From NCBI RefSeq assembly GCF_009914755.1, contig NC_060944.1: DNA of 64,000 bases; one strand, 5' to 3'. Origin of the DNA: the human T2T-CHM13v2.0 reference genome, Homo sapiens. The position numbers and the translations under genes are program-made. This document shows positions 40,139-54,414 of the stretch, one piece after another. The notes beneath the pieces were generated by a model that was given only the letters and a program-made list of their open reading frames with translations, was not told the origin of the DNA and did not search any database. Positions within the stretch are counted from its first letter, which is position 1. Every line of letters starts with the position of its first letter.

Positions 40139-43100
40139 ATGAGAATATTTTTTTCTTTCACCATAGGCCTCAAATGGCTCAGAAATATCCCTTTGCAGAT
40201 TGTACAAAAAGACTGTTTCCAAACTGCTCAATAAAAAGAAAGTTTCAACACTGTGAGATGAATGCACACATCATAAAGAAGTTTCTCAGAAAGCTTCTGT
40301 TTAGCTTTCATGTGAAGATATTTCCTTTTTCACCATAGGCCCCAAAGCGCTCCAAATATCCCTTTGCAGATTCTACATAAGGACTGTTTAGAAAACTGCT
40401 CAATCCAAAGAAGGTTCAACTCTGTGAGATGAATGCATACATCTGAAAGAAGTTTCTCACAACGGATCTGTCGAGTTTTTTTGTGAAGATATATCGTTTT
40501 TAATCATAGGCCATAAACTGCTCATGAATATCCCTCTGCAGATACTACAAAAAGACTGTTTCCAAGCTGCTGCATCCAAAGAAATGTTCAACTCTGTGAG
40601 ATGAATACACCCACCACAAAGAAGTTTCTCAGAATGCTTCTGTCTGGTTTTTATGTGAAGATATTTCCTTTTTCACCATAGGCCTCAAAGTGCTCCAAAT
40701 ATCCACTTACAGACTCTACAAAAAGTGTTTCCAAACTTCTCAATCCAAAGAAAGGTTCACCTGTGTGAGTTGAATGCACACATCACAGAGAAGTTTCCCA
40801 GAATGCTTCTGTCTAGTTTTTATGTGATGGTATTTCCTTTTTCACCATAGGCCTCAAACCGCTCACAAATATCCCTCTGCAGATACAACAAAAGGACAGT
40901 TTCCAACCTGCTAAATCAAAAGATATGCTCAACAACGTGAGAAGAATGCACATGTCACAAAGAAGTTTCTCAGAATACTTCTGTCTAGTTTTAATGTGAA
41001 GATATTTACTTTTTCACCATAGGCTCCAAAGCACTCCAAACATCCATTTGCAGATTCCACAAAAAGACTGTTTCCAAACTGCTCAATCAAAAGAAAGGTT
41101 CAACTCTGTGAGATGAAAGCACACATCAAAAAGAAGTTTCTAAGAAAGCTTCTGTCTAGTTTTTATGTGAGGATATTTTCTATTTCACCACAGGCCTCAA
41201 TAGACTCACAAATATCCGTATCAGATTCTACAAAAAGACTGTTTCCGAACTGCTCAATGAATAGAAAGTTTCAAATCTGTGAGGTGAATGCACACATAAA
41301 AAAGAAGTTTCTCAGAATGCTTCTGTCTAATTTTTATGTGAAGATACTACTTTTTCACCATAAACCTCAAACCGCTCAGAAATATCCCTCTGCAGATTGT
41401 ACAAAAAGACGTTTCCAAACTGCTCAATAAAAAGAAAGATTCATCTCTGTGAGATAAATGCACAAATAATAAAGAAGTTTTTCAGAATGCTTCTGTCTAG
41501 TTTTTATGTGAAGATATTTCCTTTTTCACCATAGTCCTTAAAGCGCTCACAAATATCTCTCTGCAGATACTACAAAAAGACTGTTTCCAAACTGCTCCAT
41601 GAAAAGAAAGGTTCAACTCTGTGAGATGAATGCACACATCACAAAAAATATTCTCAGAATGATTCCATCTAATTTTTATGTGAAGATAATTCTTTTTCAC
41701 CATAGGCATCAAACGGCTCAGAAATATACATTTGCTGATTGTACAAAAAGACTGTTTCCAATCTGCTCAATCAAAAGAAAGGTTCAGCTCTGTGATATGA
41801 ATCCACGCATCACAAAGAACTTTCTCAGAAAGCTCCTTTTTAGTGTTTTGTGAAGATATTTCCTTTTTCACCATACGCCTAAAAGCACTGCAAATATCCA
41901 TTTGTGGATTCTACAAAAAGACTGTTTTGAAACTGCTCAATCAAAAAAAAAAAGTTCAAATCTGTGAGATGAAAGCACACATCACAAAGCATTTTCTCAG
42001 AAAGATTCTGTCTAGTTTTTATGTGAAAGTATTTCCTATTTCATCATAGGTTGTAAAGGGCTCACAAATATCCGTTTGCATATTCTAAAAATAGACTGTT
42101 TCCAAACTGCTCAAACAAAAGAAATGTTAAACTCTGTGAGATGAATGCACACATCAGAAAGAAGTTTCTCAGGATGCTTCTGTCGAGTTTTTATGTGAAG
42201 ATATTTCTTTTTCACCTTAGGCCTCAAACGGCTCAGAAATATCCCTTTGCAGATTTTACAAAAAGACTGTTTCCAAACTGCTCAATCGAAAGAAAGTTTC
42301 AACACTGTGAGAAGAATGCACACATCACAAGGAAGTTTCTCAGAAAGCTTCTGTTTTCTTTTTATTTGAAGATATTTCCCTTTTCACCATAGGCCTCGAT
42401 GGGCTCAGAAATATCCCTTTGCAGATTCTACAAAAGGACTGTTTAGAAAACTGCTGAATCCAAAGAAAGATTCAACTCTATGAGATGAATGCACATATCA
42501 CAAAGAAGTTTATCAGAATGCATCTGTCCAGTTTTTATGTGAAGATATTTCCTTTTTCACCATAGGCCTCAAAGCCCTCCAAATACCCATTTGCAGATTC
42601 TACAAAAAGAGTGTTTCCAAAATGCTCAATCAAAAGAAAGGTTCAACACATGACGCAAAAGCACACCTCACAAAGAAGTTTCTCAGAAAGCTGACTAGTT
42701 TTTATGTGAAGATATTCCCTATTTCACCATGGGCCATATAGGGCTCACAAATATTTTTTGCAGATTCTACAAAAAGACTGTTTGCAAACTGCTCAATCCA
42801 AAGAAAGTTTCAACTCTGTGAGATGAATGGACACATCACAGAAAAGTTTATCAGAATGCTTCTGTCTAGTTTTTATGTGAAGATATTTTTTTCACCCTAT
42901 CCTTCAATGGGCTCAGAAATATCCCATTGAAGATTCTACAAAATGACTGTTTGCAAACTGCTCCATCAAAGAAAAGTTCACCTCTATCAGATGAATGCAC
43001 ACATCACAGAGATGTTTCTCAGAATGCTTCTGTCTAGTTTTTATGTGAAGGTATTTCCTTTTTCACCATAGGTCTCAAAGCACTCCAAACATCCATTTAC

Positions 43101-46100
43101 AGATTCCACAAAAAGACTGTTTCCAAACTGCTCAATCAAAAGAAAGGTACAACTCTGTGAGGTGAAAGCACACATCACAAAGAAGTTTCTCAGAAAGTTT
43201 CTGTCTAGTTTCTCTGTGAGGATAATTCCTGTTTCACCATGGGCCATAAAGGGCTCACAAATATTTTTTTGCAGATTCTACAAAAAGATTGTTTCCAAAG
43301 TGCTCAATCCAAAGAAAGGTTCAACTCTGTGAGATGAATGGACACAACACAAAGAAGTTTCTCAGAATGCTTCTGTCTAGTGTTTATGTGAGATATTTCC
43401 TTTTTCACCATAGTCCTCAAAACATTCCAAATATCCATTTGCAGATTCTACAAAAAGACGTTTCCAAATTGCTCAATGAAAAGAAAGTCTCAACTCTGTG
43501 AGGTGAAAGCACACATCACAAAGAAGTTTCTCAGAATGTATCTTTCTAATTTTTTTGTGAAGATATTTCCTTTTTCACCATAGGCCTCAAACCACTCCAA
43601 GTATCCATTTGCAGATTCTACTAAAAGACTGTTTACAAACTGCTAAATCAAAAGAAAGGTTCAGCTCTGTGATATGAATGCACACACCACAAGGAAGTTT
43701 CTCAGAAACCTTCAGTTTAATGTTTACCTGAAGATATTTCCTTTTTCACCATAGGCCTCAAAGCACTCCGAATGTGCATTTCCAGGTTCTACAAAAAGTC
43801 TGTTTCCAAATTGCTCAATGAAAAGAAAGGTTCAATTCTGTGAGATGAAAGTACACCTCACAAAGAAGTTTCTCAGAATGTTTCTTTCTAGTTTTTTTGT
43901 GAAGATATTTTCTTTTTCACCATTGGCCTCAAAGCACTACAAATATCCATTTGCAGATTCTACAAAAAGACGTGTACAAACTGCTCAATCAAAAGAAAGT
44001 TTCAACACTGGGAGATGAATGCATGCATTACAAAGTAGTTTCTCAGAAAGCTTCTGTTTAGTTTTTACGTGAAGATATTTCCTTTTTCACCATAGGTCTC
44101 AAAGAGCTTCAATTATCCATTTGCAGATTCTGCAAAAAGAGTGCTTCCAAACTGCTCAATCAAAAAAAAAACGCTCAAACCTTTGAGATGAAAACACTCA
44201 TTTAAAAGAAGTTTCTCAGAAAGCTTCTGTCTAGCTTTTATGTGAAGATATTTCCTATATCACCAAAGGCATCAATGTGCTCAGAATTATCCCTTTGGGG
44301 ATTCTACAAAGGAGTATTTCCAAACTGCTCTAGCAAAAGAAAGCTTCAACTCTGTGAGATGAATGCACCCATCACAAAAAAGTTTCTCAGACTGTTTCTG
44401 TGTAGTTTTTATATGAAGATATTTCCTATTTCACCATAGGCCTCAAAGGGTTAACAATTATCCCTTTGTAGATTTTACAAAAATACTGTTTCCAAATCTT
44501 CAATCAAAGAAATGTTCAACTGTGTGAGATGAATGCAAACGTCACAAAGAAGTTTCTCAGAATGCTTCTGTCTGATTTTTATGTGAAGATATTTCCTTTT
44601 TCACCATAAGCCTCAAAGCGCTCCAAATATCCATTTTCAGGTTGTACAAAAAGACTGCTTCCAATCTGCTCAATCGAAGGAAATGTTCAACTCTGTGAGA
44701 TGAAAGCACACATCACAGAGAAGTTTCTCACAAAGCTACTGTTTAGTTTTTATGTGAAGATATTTCCTATTTCACCATTGGCCATAAAGGGCTCACAAAT
44801 ATACCTTTGCAGTTGCTACAAAAATACTGTTACCAAACTGCTCAATCAAAAGAAAGTTTCAACTCTGTGAGATGAATGGACACATCACAAAGTAGTTTCT
44901 AAGAATGCTTCTGTCTAGTTTTTGTGGGAAGATATTTCTTTTTCACCATAGGCCTCAAACGGCTCAGAAATATCCCTTTGCAGATTGTAGAAAAAGACTG
45001 TTTCCAAACTGCTCCATGAAAAGAAAGGTTAAACTCTGTGAGATGAAATCTCTCATCACAAAGAAGTTTCTCAGAATGCTTCTGTCTAGTTTTTATGTGA
45101 AGAAGTTTCCTTTTTCACCATAGGCCTAAACTGCTCCAAATATACATTTGTTTATTCTATGAAAAGACAGTTTCCAACTGCTCAATCAAAAGAATAGTTC
45201 AACTCTGTGAGATGAATGCACACATCACAAAAAAAGTTTCTCAGAAAGCTTCCATTTAGTTTTTATGTGAAGATATTTCCTTTTTTACCATGGGCCTCAA
45301 AGCACTCCAAATATCCATTTGCAGATCCTACAAAAAGAGTGTTTACAAACTGCTCAATCAAAAGAGAGGTTCAACTCTGTGAGACGGAAGCACACATCAC
45401 AAATAAGTTTCTTAGAAACCTTCGGTCTAGTTTTTATGGGAAGATATTTCATATTTCACCATAGTCCTCAATGGGCTCAGAAATATACCTTTGCAGATTC
45501 TTCAAAAGGATTGTTTCCAAACTGCTCAATCCAATGAAAGGTTCAAAACTGTGAGATGAATTCACACATCACAAAGAAGTTTCTCAGAAAGCTTCTGTCT
45601 AGTTTTTATGTGAAGATATTTCCTTTTTCACCATAAGCCTCAAACCACTCACAAACATCCCTCTGGAGATATTACAAAAACACTGTTTCCAAACTGTTCA
45701 ATAAAAAGAAAGGTTCAGCTCTGTGTGGTAAATGCACATGTCACTGAGAAGTTTCTCAGAATGTTTCTATCTACTTTTAATGTGAAGATATTTCCTTTCT
45801 CAGCAAGGCTTCAAACTGCTCCAAATATCCATTTGCATATTCTACAAAAAGATGGTTTCCAAACTCCTCAATGAATAGAAAGGTTCAACTCTGTGAGATG
45901 AAATCGCACATCACAAAGAAGTTTCATGGAATGTTGCTTTCTAGTTTTTATGTAAAGATATTTCCTTTTTCACCATAGTCCTCAAAGTGCTCCAAATATC
46001 CATTTGCAGATTATACAAAAAGTGTGTTTCCAAACTGCTCAATCAAAAGAAAGGTTCAACTTCGTGAGATGAAAGCACACATCACAAAGAAGTTTCTCAG

Positions 46101-48613
46101 AAATGTTCTGACTAGTTTTTATGTTAAGATAGTTCCTATTTCACCATAGGCCTCAATGGGCTCAAAAATATCCCTTTGCAGATTCTACAAAATGTCTGTT
46201 TTGAAACTCCTCAATCAGAAGAAAGGTTCAACTCTGTGAGATGAATGCATACATCACAAAGATGTTTCTCAGAATGCTTCTGTCTAGTTTTTATATGAAG
46301 ATATTTCCTTTTTCACCATAGGCCTCAAAGCGCTCCAAATATCCATTTCCATATTCTACAAAAAGACTGTTTCCAAACTCCTCAATCAAAAGAGAGATTC
46401 AGCTCTGTGGGATGAAAGCACACTTCACAGAGTAGTTTCTCAGAATGCTTCTGTCTAGTTTTTATGTGAATATATTTCCTATTTCACTTTAGGCCATAAA
46501 GGGCTCACAAATATCCCTCTGCAGATTCTAGAAAATTCTAAAAAAGGACTCTTTCCAAACTGCTCAATCAAAAGAAAGGTTCAACTCTGTGAAATGAATG
46601 CACACATCACAAAGAAGTTTCTCAGAAAGCTTCTGTCCAGTTTTTATGTGAAGATGTTTCCCTTTTCACCATACCTATCAACGCGCTCAAAATAGCCCTT
46701 TGCAGATTCTCTGAAAAGACTGTTTCCAAACTTCTCATTCAAAAGAATGGTTCAACTCTGTGAGATGAATGCACATATCACAAAGAAGTTTCTCTGAAAT
46801 CTTCTGTCTAGTATTTATGTGAAGATATTTCTTTTTTCACCATAGTCCTCAAGCTGCTCACAAATATCCCTTTGCAGATTTTACGAGAACAGAGTTTCCA
46901 GACTCATCAAAGAATATAAACTTTTATCTCTGTGAGTTGAATGCACACCTTGCAAAACAGCTTCTCAGAAATATTCTTATAGTTTTTATTGAAGATATTT
47001 CCTTTTTCACCATAAGCCTCAGAGAGCTGACAAATATCTCTTTGCTGATTCTACAAAAATACTGTTTCCAAACTGCTCAATTGAAAGAATCGTTCAACTC
47101 TGTGAGACGAACGCACACATAGCCAGGAATTTTTTCAGAAACTTCTGTCACGTTTTTATGCGATGATATTTCCTTTTTCTGCAGATTTTACAAGAAAATC
47201 CCTTTGCAGATTTTACAAGAAAAGAGTTTCCCATCTGCTAAATGAAAAGAAACGTTTACCTCTGTGAGATGAATGCACACATTGCAGAGCAGTTTCTCAG
47301 AAACCTTCTGTCTAGTTTTTATGTGAAGATATTTCCTTTTTCACCACAGGCCTCAAAGTGCTCACAAATATCCCTTTGCATATTCTACAAAAAGACTGTT
47401 TCTGAACTGCTCAATCAAAGGAATTGTTCAACTCTGTGAGATGAGTGCACACATCACAAAGAAGTTTCTCAGAATGCTTCTGTCTAGTTTTCATGTGAAG
47501 ATATTTCCTTTTTCACCATAAGCCTCAAAGTGTTCACAAATATCCCTTTGCAGATTCTTCAGAAAGACTGTTTCCAAAATGCTCAATCAATAGAAAGGTT
47601 CAACTCTGTGAGATGCATTCACACATCACAAAGGAGTTTCTCAGAAACCTTCTTTCTAGTTTTTATGTGAAAATATTTCCTCTTTCACCATAGGCTTCAA
47701 AGCGCTCACAAATATCTCTTTGCAGATTCTACAAAAAGACTGTTACCAAACTACTCAATCAAAAGAATGGTTCAACTCTGAGATGAATGCACACATCACA
47801 AAAAAGTTTCTCAGAAAGCTTCTGTCTAGTTTTTATGTGAAGATATTTCCTTTTTCACCATTGGCCTCCAAGTGCTCACAAATATCTCTTTGCCAATTCT
47901 ACAAAAATACTGTTTTCTAACTGCTCAATCCAAAGAATATTTCAACTCTGTGAGATGAATGCACACATAACCAGGAAGTTTCTCAGAAACTTCTGTGAAG
48001 TTTTTATGCGATGATATTTCCTTTTTCAACATAGGCCTCAAACTGCTCACAAATATCCCTTTGTGGATTCTATCAGAACAGAGTTTCCAATCTGCTCAAT
48101 GAAAAGAAACATTAACCTCTGTGAGATGAACCCACACATCACAAAGCAGTTTCTCATAAACCTTCTTTCTAGTTTTTATGTGAAGCTATTTCCTTTTTCA
48201 CCATAGGCTTCATAGCGCTCACAAATATCCCTCTGCAGATTCTACAAGAACACCGTTTCCAAGCTTTTCAATCAAAAGAATGGTTTAACTCTGTGAGATG
48301 AATGCACACGTCACAAAGTAGTTTCTCAGAAAGCTTCTGTCTAGTTTTTATGTGAAGATATTTCCTTTTTCACCATAGACCTCAAAGCACTCACAAATAT
48401 CACTTTGCAGATTGCACAAGAACTGAGTTTCCAGACTGATTAAAGGAATGAAACGTTTAACTCTGTGAGATGAATGCAGACATCACAAAGCAGTTTCTCA
48501 GAAACCTTCTTTATAGTTTTTATGTGAAGGTATTTCCTTTTTCACCATGGCCTCAAAGCACTCACAAATATCCCTTTGCAGATTCTACAACAACAGAATT
48601 TCCAAACTGCTCA
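40139..48613 (-). repeat. Monomeric alpha satellite; the array ends abruptly at 48613
   Basis: 171-bp periodic motifs up to ...tccaaactgctca, followed by unrelated sequence. Confidence 0.97.
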
Positions 48614-48739
48614 TAATTAATTTTTAGCACCAACATGAGCATTTAGACACACTGCTTGTGGTGCAGCACACATGTATTATCCACACTGAAATTAGGAATT
48701 CAACTGAAGTTCATGTGGAGCCGAAAATGTGAATATTTG

Positions 48740-48955
48740 GGGGACCTTGGAGATGATCTATCTCGCTTTATTTTTTAGAAAAGAAAACAGATTCAGGGAA
48801 AGGGCACGCATTGCTTAAGGTGATTCAGCAGCTTTGGCGCAGAAACACAACACACCTAAGGTGATTCATCAGGTTTGGAGCAGAAACACAATACAATCTC
48901 TGTTCTTTTGTGTCTCAGATCCAGAATTTTTTCACAATACTGAACTACTTATGTT
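48740..48955 (+). mobile_element. Degraded MIR-like SINE with an internal 41-bp tandem duplication
   Basis: gggaccttggagatgatcta...ttttagaaaagaaaacagattcaggga..ttgcttaaggtgattcagc resembles the MIR core; duplicate units at 48816-48855 and 48857-48895. Confidence 0.65.
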
Positions 48956-49344
48956 TCTGATTCCTTATTTTTTCTTTTTAAGTTTTGCCAGTATTGTCTT
49001 ATGAAGATCCTATTCTTTATCCTAAATATTTAAATTCGTTACCACTATTGTCTCTTTATAAGTAAAATTACTAGTTATTATTATAAATGATTATTCAATC
49101 ACTTTTCATTTTTTGGTGGTCCAGTACAAAGCTAGTAACAAATAAACACTATTGGCCTTGGCAATCCAAGAGGAGCTCAAGTCTTCCAGGGCACGTCAGG
49201 AAAAGGCTAAATGACAGCTGTGCTGCGAGTGGACAGAATACAGCTCTCATACACATTGTTGAGTATTTGATGTTCTTCAACAATTTCATTAATCTTCAGT
49301 TTTTTCCTCTTTGAAGTGAAAGTCTGCTATGACTTTCAAATTTC

Positions 49345-49770
49345 TTTTGAAATAATTATAGATTCACAGGAAGTTGCAAAATGTACAGGGATGTCTTAGG
49401 TACTCTTCACTAATTCCAGTGGTGACATCTCGCATAGCCATAGAGCATTATCAAAACCTGGAAACTGACATACGTACAATTCAGAAAGTTTACTCAGATC
49501 GCAACCGTTTGTATACATTCATTTTTGTATGTGTGTATGTGTGTGCGTGTGTTCTGTGCATTTTTATGTGGTGTAGATCTCTGTAACTACCACTTCCACA
49601 GTCAAGATACAGAACTGTAGCCTCACCACCAGGCTCCAACTTGTGATCTTTGCTGACACTCTGACACTTTTTCCTCCACACCTTCCCCTTGGCAACCCCA
49701 TAGTCTGTTCTCCATCTTTACAATTTTATTTCAATAATTTATATAAATGTAATTGTACAAAATCGAATCT
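49345..49770 (-). mobile_element. Ancient L1M (L1MC/MD-like) 3'-end relic
   Basis: ttgaaataattatagattcacaggaagttgcaaa...aaacctggaaactgacat...gtaactaccac..cagtcaagatacagaactgt...ccttggcaacc..tagtctgttctccatc resembles the antisense 3'UTR of old L1M. Confidence 0.7.
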
Positions 49771-50499
49771 TTAAAGGGAAAAACAAGTCACAGATAGTTT
49801 TGTAAGTGCTGTAAAATAGTGTTTAACATTCATTTGTTATATGTTCTATTTGTCTCAAAAAAATGTGCTTTGTTCTTTCCCATACTTTCTGATATCAGGA
49901 TAGGAAATCAATACCAAACAATACAATTCCATTCATTTTTTTCCACAGCTTGGTTTTCACTGTTGTTGCCTAACATTTATTTTTCCATTTACTCTTTCTC
50001 TCTGTTTTCCATCACATAAAAGTAACTTTGTGTTCTTTATCTCTTCTAAGAAAACTTGGTAATGAGTCTTTAATGTGACGCCTAGACCACCCTTGTTTTG
50101 ATTTTGTGTTATGGGTATTCTTTTGTGTGATCGTTCTCATGGAGAGTTCTTGTGAAGCTGGGCTTTTCCAGTGGTTTGTCAAAATGGAAATAGATATTTA
50201 ACAAACCAAACACAAAATGACCTTGCTCCAGAAATGCATCATTTCGGAGAAAACACTACCTCTTCCAACTAGAGATTGTGAATATTACTCATGTTATCCT
50301 TTACTCCCTTTTATTAAAACTGTAGTTTTTTACACATTTGTATAACTCAGGTAATGAAATGTGAAACTAAGTGATTGCCTAACAATTATAATTGATGTTA
50401 ACGATGCTACCGGGAGGCCACCCCTACAGTGGCTGTGCCAAGTCTATGTACTTGCTAGCTTTGCTAAGTTACATGGGATTGCCTATGTACTAAATGTAG

Positions 50500-51348
50500 G
50501 TGGGGGACTGGTCTGAGGATGCGGCAGTGCCACCCTGCCCCAATGTCGAAGCTCTGGATGGGGCGCCAGGCACCGTGCGGTCAAGAGATGGAGGCGGGCG
50601 CGTGATGGCGGACGACACCGCAGCGCCCAGGGGGTCACTGCCAGGGGCAAACGAACCCTGGGACCACGGCCAGGAATGCTGTCAGACGGGCCGTGCAGTG
50701 GGCTTTCAGTCCCGGACACACCGCGTCACATGCCGGGCAGGCGAGGGGCAGGCTGGCGAGGAGGACTGTGCCTCAGAGGGGTGTTGGGGAGGAGGGGCGC
50801 TGGAGCGGTGGTCGGCCAGTCGCCAGGCCGCCACCAGGGGCAAGCGGTGAACTGCGGCGACGGGGACATGCTCCCCAACCCTCTCCCCGGTGGACCCTTC
50901 CTACTTGCCTTCCCGCCCAACTAGCCCCCACCACTGATGACACACGATGACGATGATGGCATGGGACCTTTCACCCCACCAGGGTCAACAAACCCTGCAC
51001 AACGAGTTGTGTGAGGCACGAGGGAGCCCCCGAGGGAGGAAACCGGACCGCGTTGGTGGCCAAGGGAACTCGACCCCAGCCAGCTCTATTCCCTCTATGT
51101 TTTCGCGGGTGGTGGTGCCGCCCTCTCTCTCTTCCTCACAGCCAGGAGCCCCCCTTCCCCACGCCACCCAACGCGTGACCACACCGGGCCTGTGAGGGGA
51201 GGGGGAAGGGGCAGGCACAGCAGGAGAGGAGGGCAGACATCACCGGTCTGCACTTGGGAGGACGGAGGGCACCGACGTGCCCTGCCACGGAACCCGCAAC
51301 CGTGCACCCTGAGGATCCCGGAGGCACCCCCAGGGGCTATTGATTGGC
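50500..51348 (-). pseudogene. rDNA ITS2 relic, truncated before 28S
   Basis: GC-rich sequence contiguous with the 3' end of 5.8S; abrupt switch to AT-rich DNA at ~50500; no 28S sequence follows. Confidence 0.85.
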
Positions 51349-51504
51349 AAGTGACACTCAGACAGGCATAACCCTGGGAGGAACCCGGGCCACAAGTCCA
51401 TTCAAAGTGTCAATGATCAATGTGCCCTGCAATTCACATTAATTCTCACAGCTAGCTGCATTCTTCATCAATGCAGAAGCTGAGTGATCCACCGCTAAAA
51501 GTCA
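51349..51504 (-). pseudogene. 5.8S rRNA pseudogene
   Basis: Reverse complement reads GACTTTTAGCGGTGGATCACTCAGCT...GAATTAATGTGAATTGCAGGGCACATTGATCATTGACACTTTGAA...CTGTCTGAGTGTCACTT; full length with many CpG-type transitions. Confidence 0.97.
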
Positions 51505-52554
51505 TACAAGGTCAATTTGGCTAGGGTGCTCCCAACAATGTGAGGCCCACCTGGCACAGCACGTCCTCCAGAGGGGTTACCTCAGACCGGCCAGTCAGAC
51601 AGCAAGGGGATGAGCCTCCAGAAAGGGGTCAGAAGGTTTCACAACACAGGGAGGTGGTGCCAACCACGGGGGTTGGGGGGGGCGAATGCTGACACCACCC
51701 TACGGGCACCAAGGGGTTCCTGCCCCCACAGCGTGGGGCACAAGCCACATGCGCAGCATGCACGCGATAGCGTGACGGCCACTGGGAAAAGCCCATACCA
51801 GCGTCAGCGGCGACACGCGAGAGCGGCACAGCCCCGGCCGGCCGGGGAGACGGAGTCGGCGGGGGAGGTGATGGAGGGGCGGGCCCCTCCCGAATGGACT
51901 CCCCCGTGGGCCCACGACACCCGACCCACAGATGGACAGGTGACCCCCCAAGGGGTCCTTAAAACTCCGCTCCAGAACGCACTAGGTACCTGGATGGCAG
52001 GGGCGGACAAGGAGCGGGGTACTGGCGTCCGGCCCCCTACCCTCGAGAAGCCCTAGTGGGAAGGCTGGGGAGAGCCAGCGGGCCGGGCCGAGCCCAGTGG
52101 CGCGGTGTGGCAGAGGCGATGATGGTGCCAGTGGCAGCGATGGGAACCCGGCCAGCCCCGACAGGAGCAGGCAAGATGGGGCCGAGCCGGCAGGACAGGG
52201 CGGGACGACGGCCTCGGCAGGGAGGGCACAGAGACCCACACCCCACCGTGACGCTGAGAACCACCCCGTGCCTGCCAACACACACGTGGGGGCCATGGCA
52301 GGGGACCGCTCCCCACTGCTCACCAGGCCGGCGAGCCATCCAGCCCACCCCACGACACGCACACACAGTTTCGTCCCCGCACGCGTGTCTCTCTCTACCC
52401 CCTCTCTCCCTCCCGAGTTCTCCTGCTCTCGGGGCAGGCGGGGCCGTGCAACAAACAAAGGGCACAACCCCACCAGCACACGTGCTGCACGGGGAACACG
52501 GTCGGCCAAGGAGGAAGGACACGTTGGCGCCTCTGTGGCTTCATTCTGCTCCGT
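51505..52554 (-). pseudogene. rDNA ITS1 relic
   Basis: ~1.05 kb GC-rich spacer between the 18S 3' end and the 5.8S 5' end. Confidence 0.9.
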
Positions 52555-52588
52555 TAATGATCCCTCCACAGGTTCACCTACAGAAACT

Positions 52589-52624
<36 letters not shown>

Positions 52625-54414
52625 CGACTGTCTTCTCAGTGCTCGGCCACGGCAGTGGGCTGACCCGGCGGGGCTGCTCTGAGGGCCTCACTAAACCATC
52701 CAATCAGTAGTAGCAACTGGCGGTGTGTACAAAGGGTAGGGACTTCACACAAGCCTATGACCCACACTTACTGGGAATTCCTCGTTCATGGGGAATAATT
52801 GCAATCCCCGATCACCATCACCAATGGTATTCAACAGGTTACCCACGTCTGCCACGTATGGTAGGCACACGCTGAGCCAGTCAGTGTAGCGCACGTGCAG
52901 CCCCGGACATCTAAGGGCATCACAGACCTGTTATTACTCAATCTCGGGTGGCTGAATGCCACTTATCCATCTAAGAAGTTGGGGGACACCGACCGCTTGT
53001 GGGTCACGTAATTAGTTAGCATGCCAGAGTCTCGTTCGTTATCGGAATTAACCAGACAAATAACTCCACCAGCTAAGGCCATGCACCACCACCCATGGAA
53101 TTGAGAAGGAGCTATCAGTCTGTCAATCCTGTCTGTGTCTGGGCCGGGTGAGGTTTCCCGTGTTGAGTCAAATTAAGCCACAGGCTCCACTCCTGGTGGT
53201 GCCCTTCCACCAATTCCTTTAAGTTTCAGCTTTGCAACCATACTCCCCCCGGGAACCCAAAAACCCAAAGACTTTGGTTTCTTGGAAGCTGCCCAGTGGG
53301 TCATGAAAATAACACTGCCGCACGCATCGCCAGTCGGCATCTTTTATGGTCGGAACTACGATGGTATCTGATCGTCTTCGAACCTCCGACTTTCGTTCTT
53401 GGTTAATGAAAACATTCTTGGCAAATGCTTTCGCTCTGGTCCGAACTGCGCCGGTCCAAGAATTTCACCTGTAGTGGCGCAATACGAATGCCCCCAGCCG
53501 TCCTTCTTAATCATGGCCTCAGTTCCAAAAACCAACAAAATAGAACCGCGGTTCTATTCCATCATTCCTAGCTGCGGTATCTAGGCGGCCCGGGCCTGCT
53601 TTGAAAACTCTAACTTTTTCAAAGTAAAAGCTTAGGGCCACGGGATACTCAGCTAAGAACATCGAGGGGGCGCCAAGAGGCAAGGGGCGGGGACGGGCCA
53701 TGGCTCGCCCGCCCGCCCGCTCCCAAGATCCAACTACGAGCTTTTTAACTACAGCAACTTTAATATACGCTATTGGAGCTGGAATTACTGCAGCTGCTGG
53801 CACCAGACTTGCCCTCCAATGGATCCTCGTTAAAGGATTTAAAGTGGACTCATTCCAATTACAGGGCCTCGAAAGAGTCCTGTATTGTTATTTTTCATCA
53901 CTACCTCCCCGAGTAGGGAGTGGGTAATTTGCATGCCTGCTGCCTTCCTTGAATGTGGTAGCCATTTCTCAGGCTCCCTCTCCAGAATCGAACCCTGATT
54001 CCTTGTCACCCGTGGTCACCATGGTAGGCACAGCGACTACCATCGAAAGTTGATAGGGCAGACTTTACAATGGGTCATCGCTGCCACTGGGGGCGTGCAA
54101 TTGGCCTGAGGTTATCTAGAGTCACCAAAGCCAGTGGCACCTGACCCTCCAGCCGGGGCTGGAGAGGGGCTGACTGGGTTGGTTTTGATCTGCTAAATGC
54201 ACGCATCTTCCCCGCGAAGGGGGTCAGCGCCCTTTGGCATGTATTAGCTCTAGAATTACCACAGTTTTCCAAGTAGGAGAGGAGCGAGCAAACAAAAGAA
54301 CCATAACTGATTTAATGAGCCATTCACAGTTTCACTGTACCGGCCCTGCGTACTTAGACATGTATGGCTTAATCTTTGAGACAAGCATATCGTTCTGGTA
54401 GGATCAACCATGTA
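52555..54414 (-). pseudogene. 18S rRNA pseudogene (near full length, ~1860 bp)
   Basis: Starts TACATGGTTGATCCTACCAG..GCTTGTCTCAAAGATTAAGCC and ends GGTGAACCTGTGGAGGGATCATTA. There are substitutions in conserved positions and small indels (e.g. duplicated aacccaaa near 53254-53269). Confidence 0.98.

Noticed and set aside
49087-50019. Short ORFs in the non-satellite segment
   Set aside because: No recognisable protein similarity; some overlap an L1M relic
51349-54414. Functional 18S and 5.8S rRNA genes
   Set aside because: Substitutions and indels in conserved positions, no promoter and no 28S
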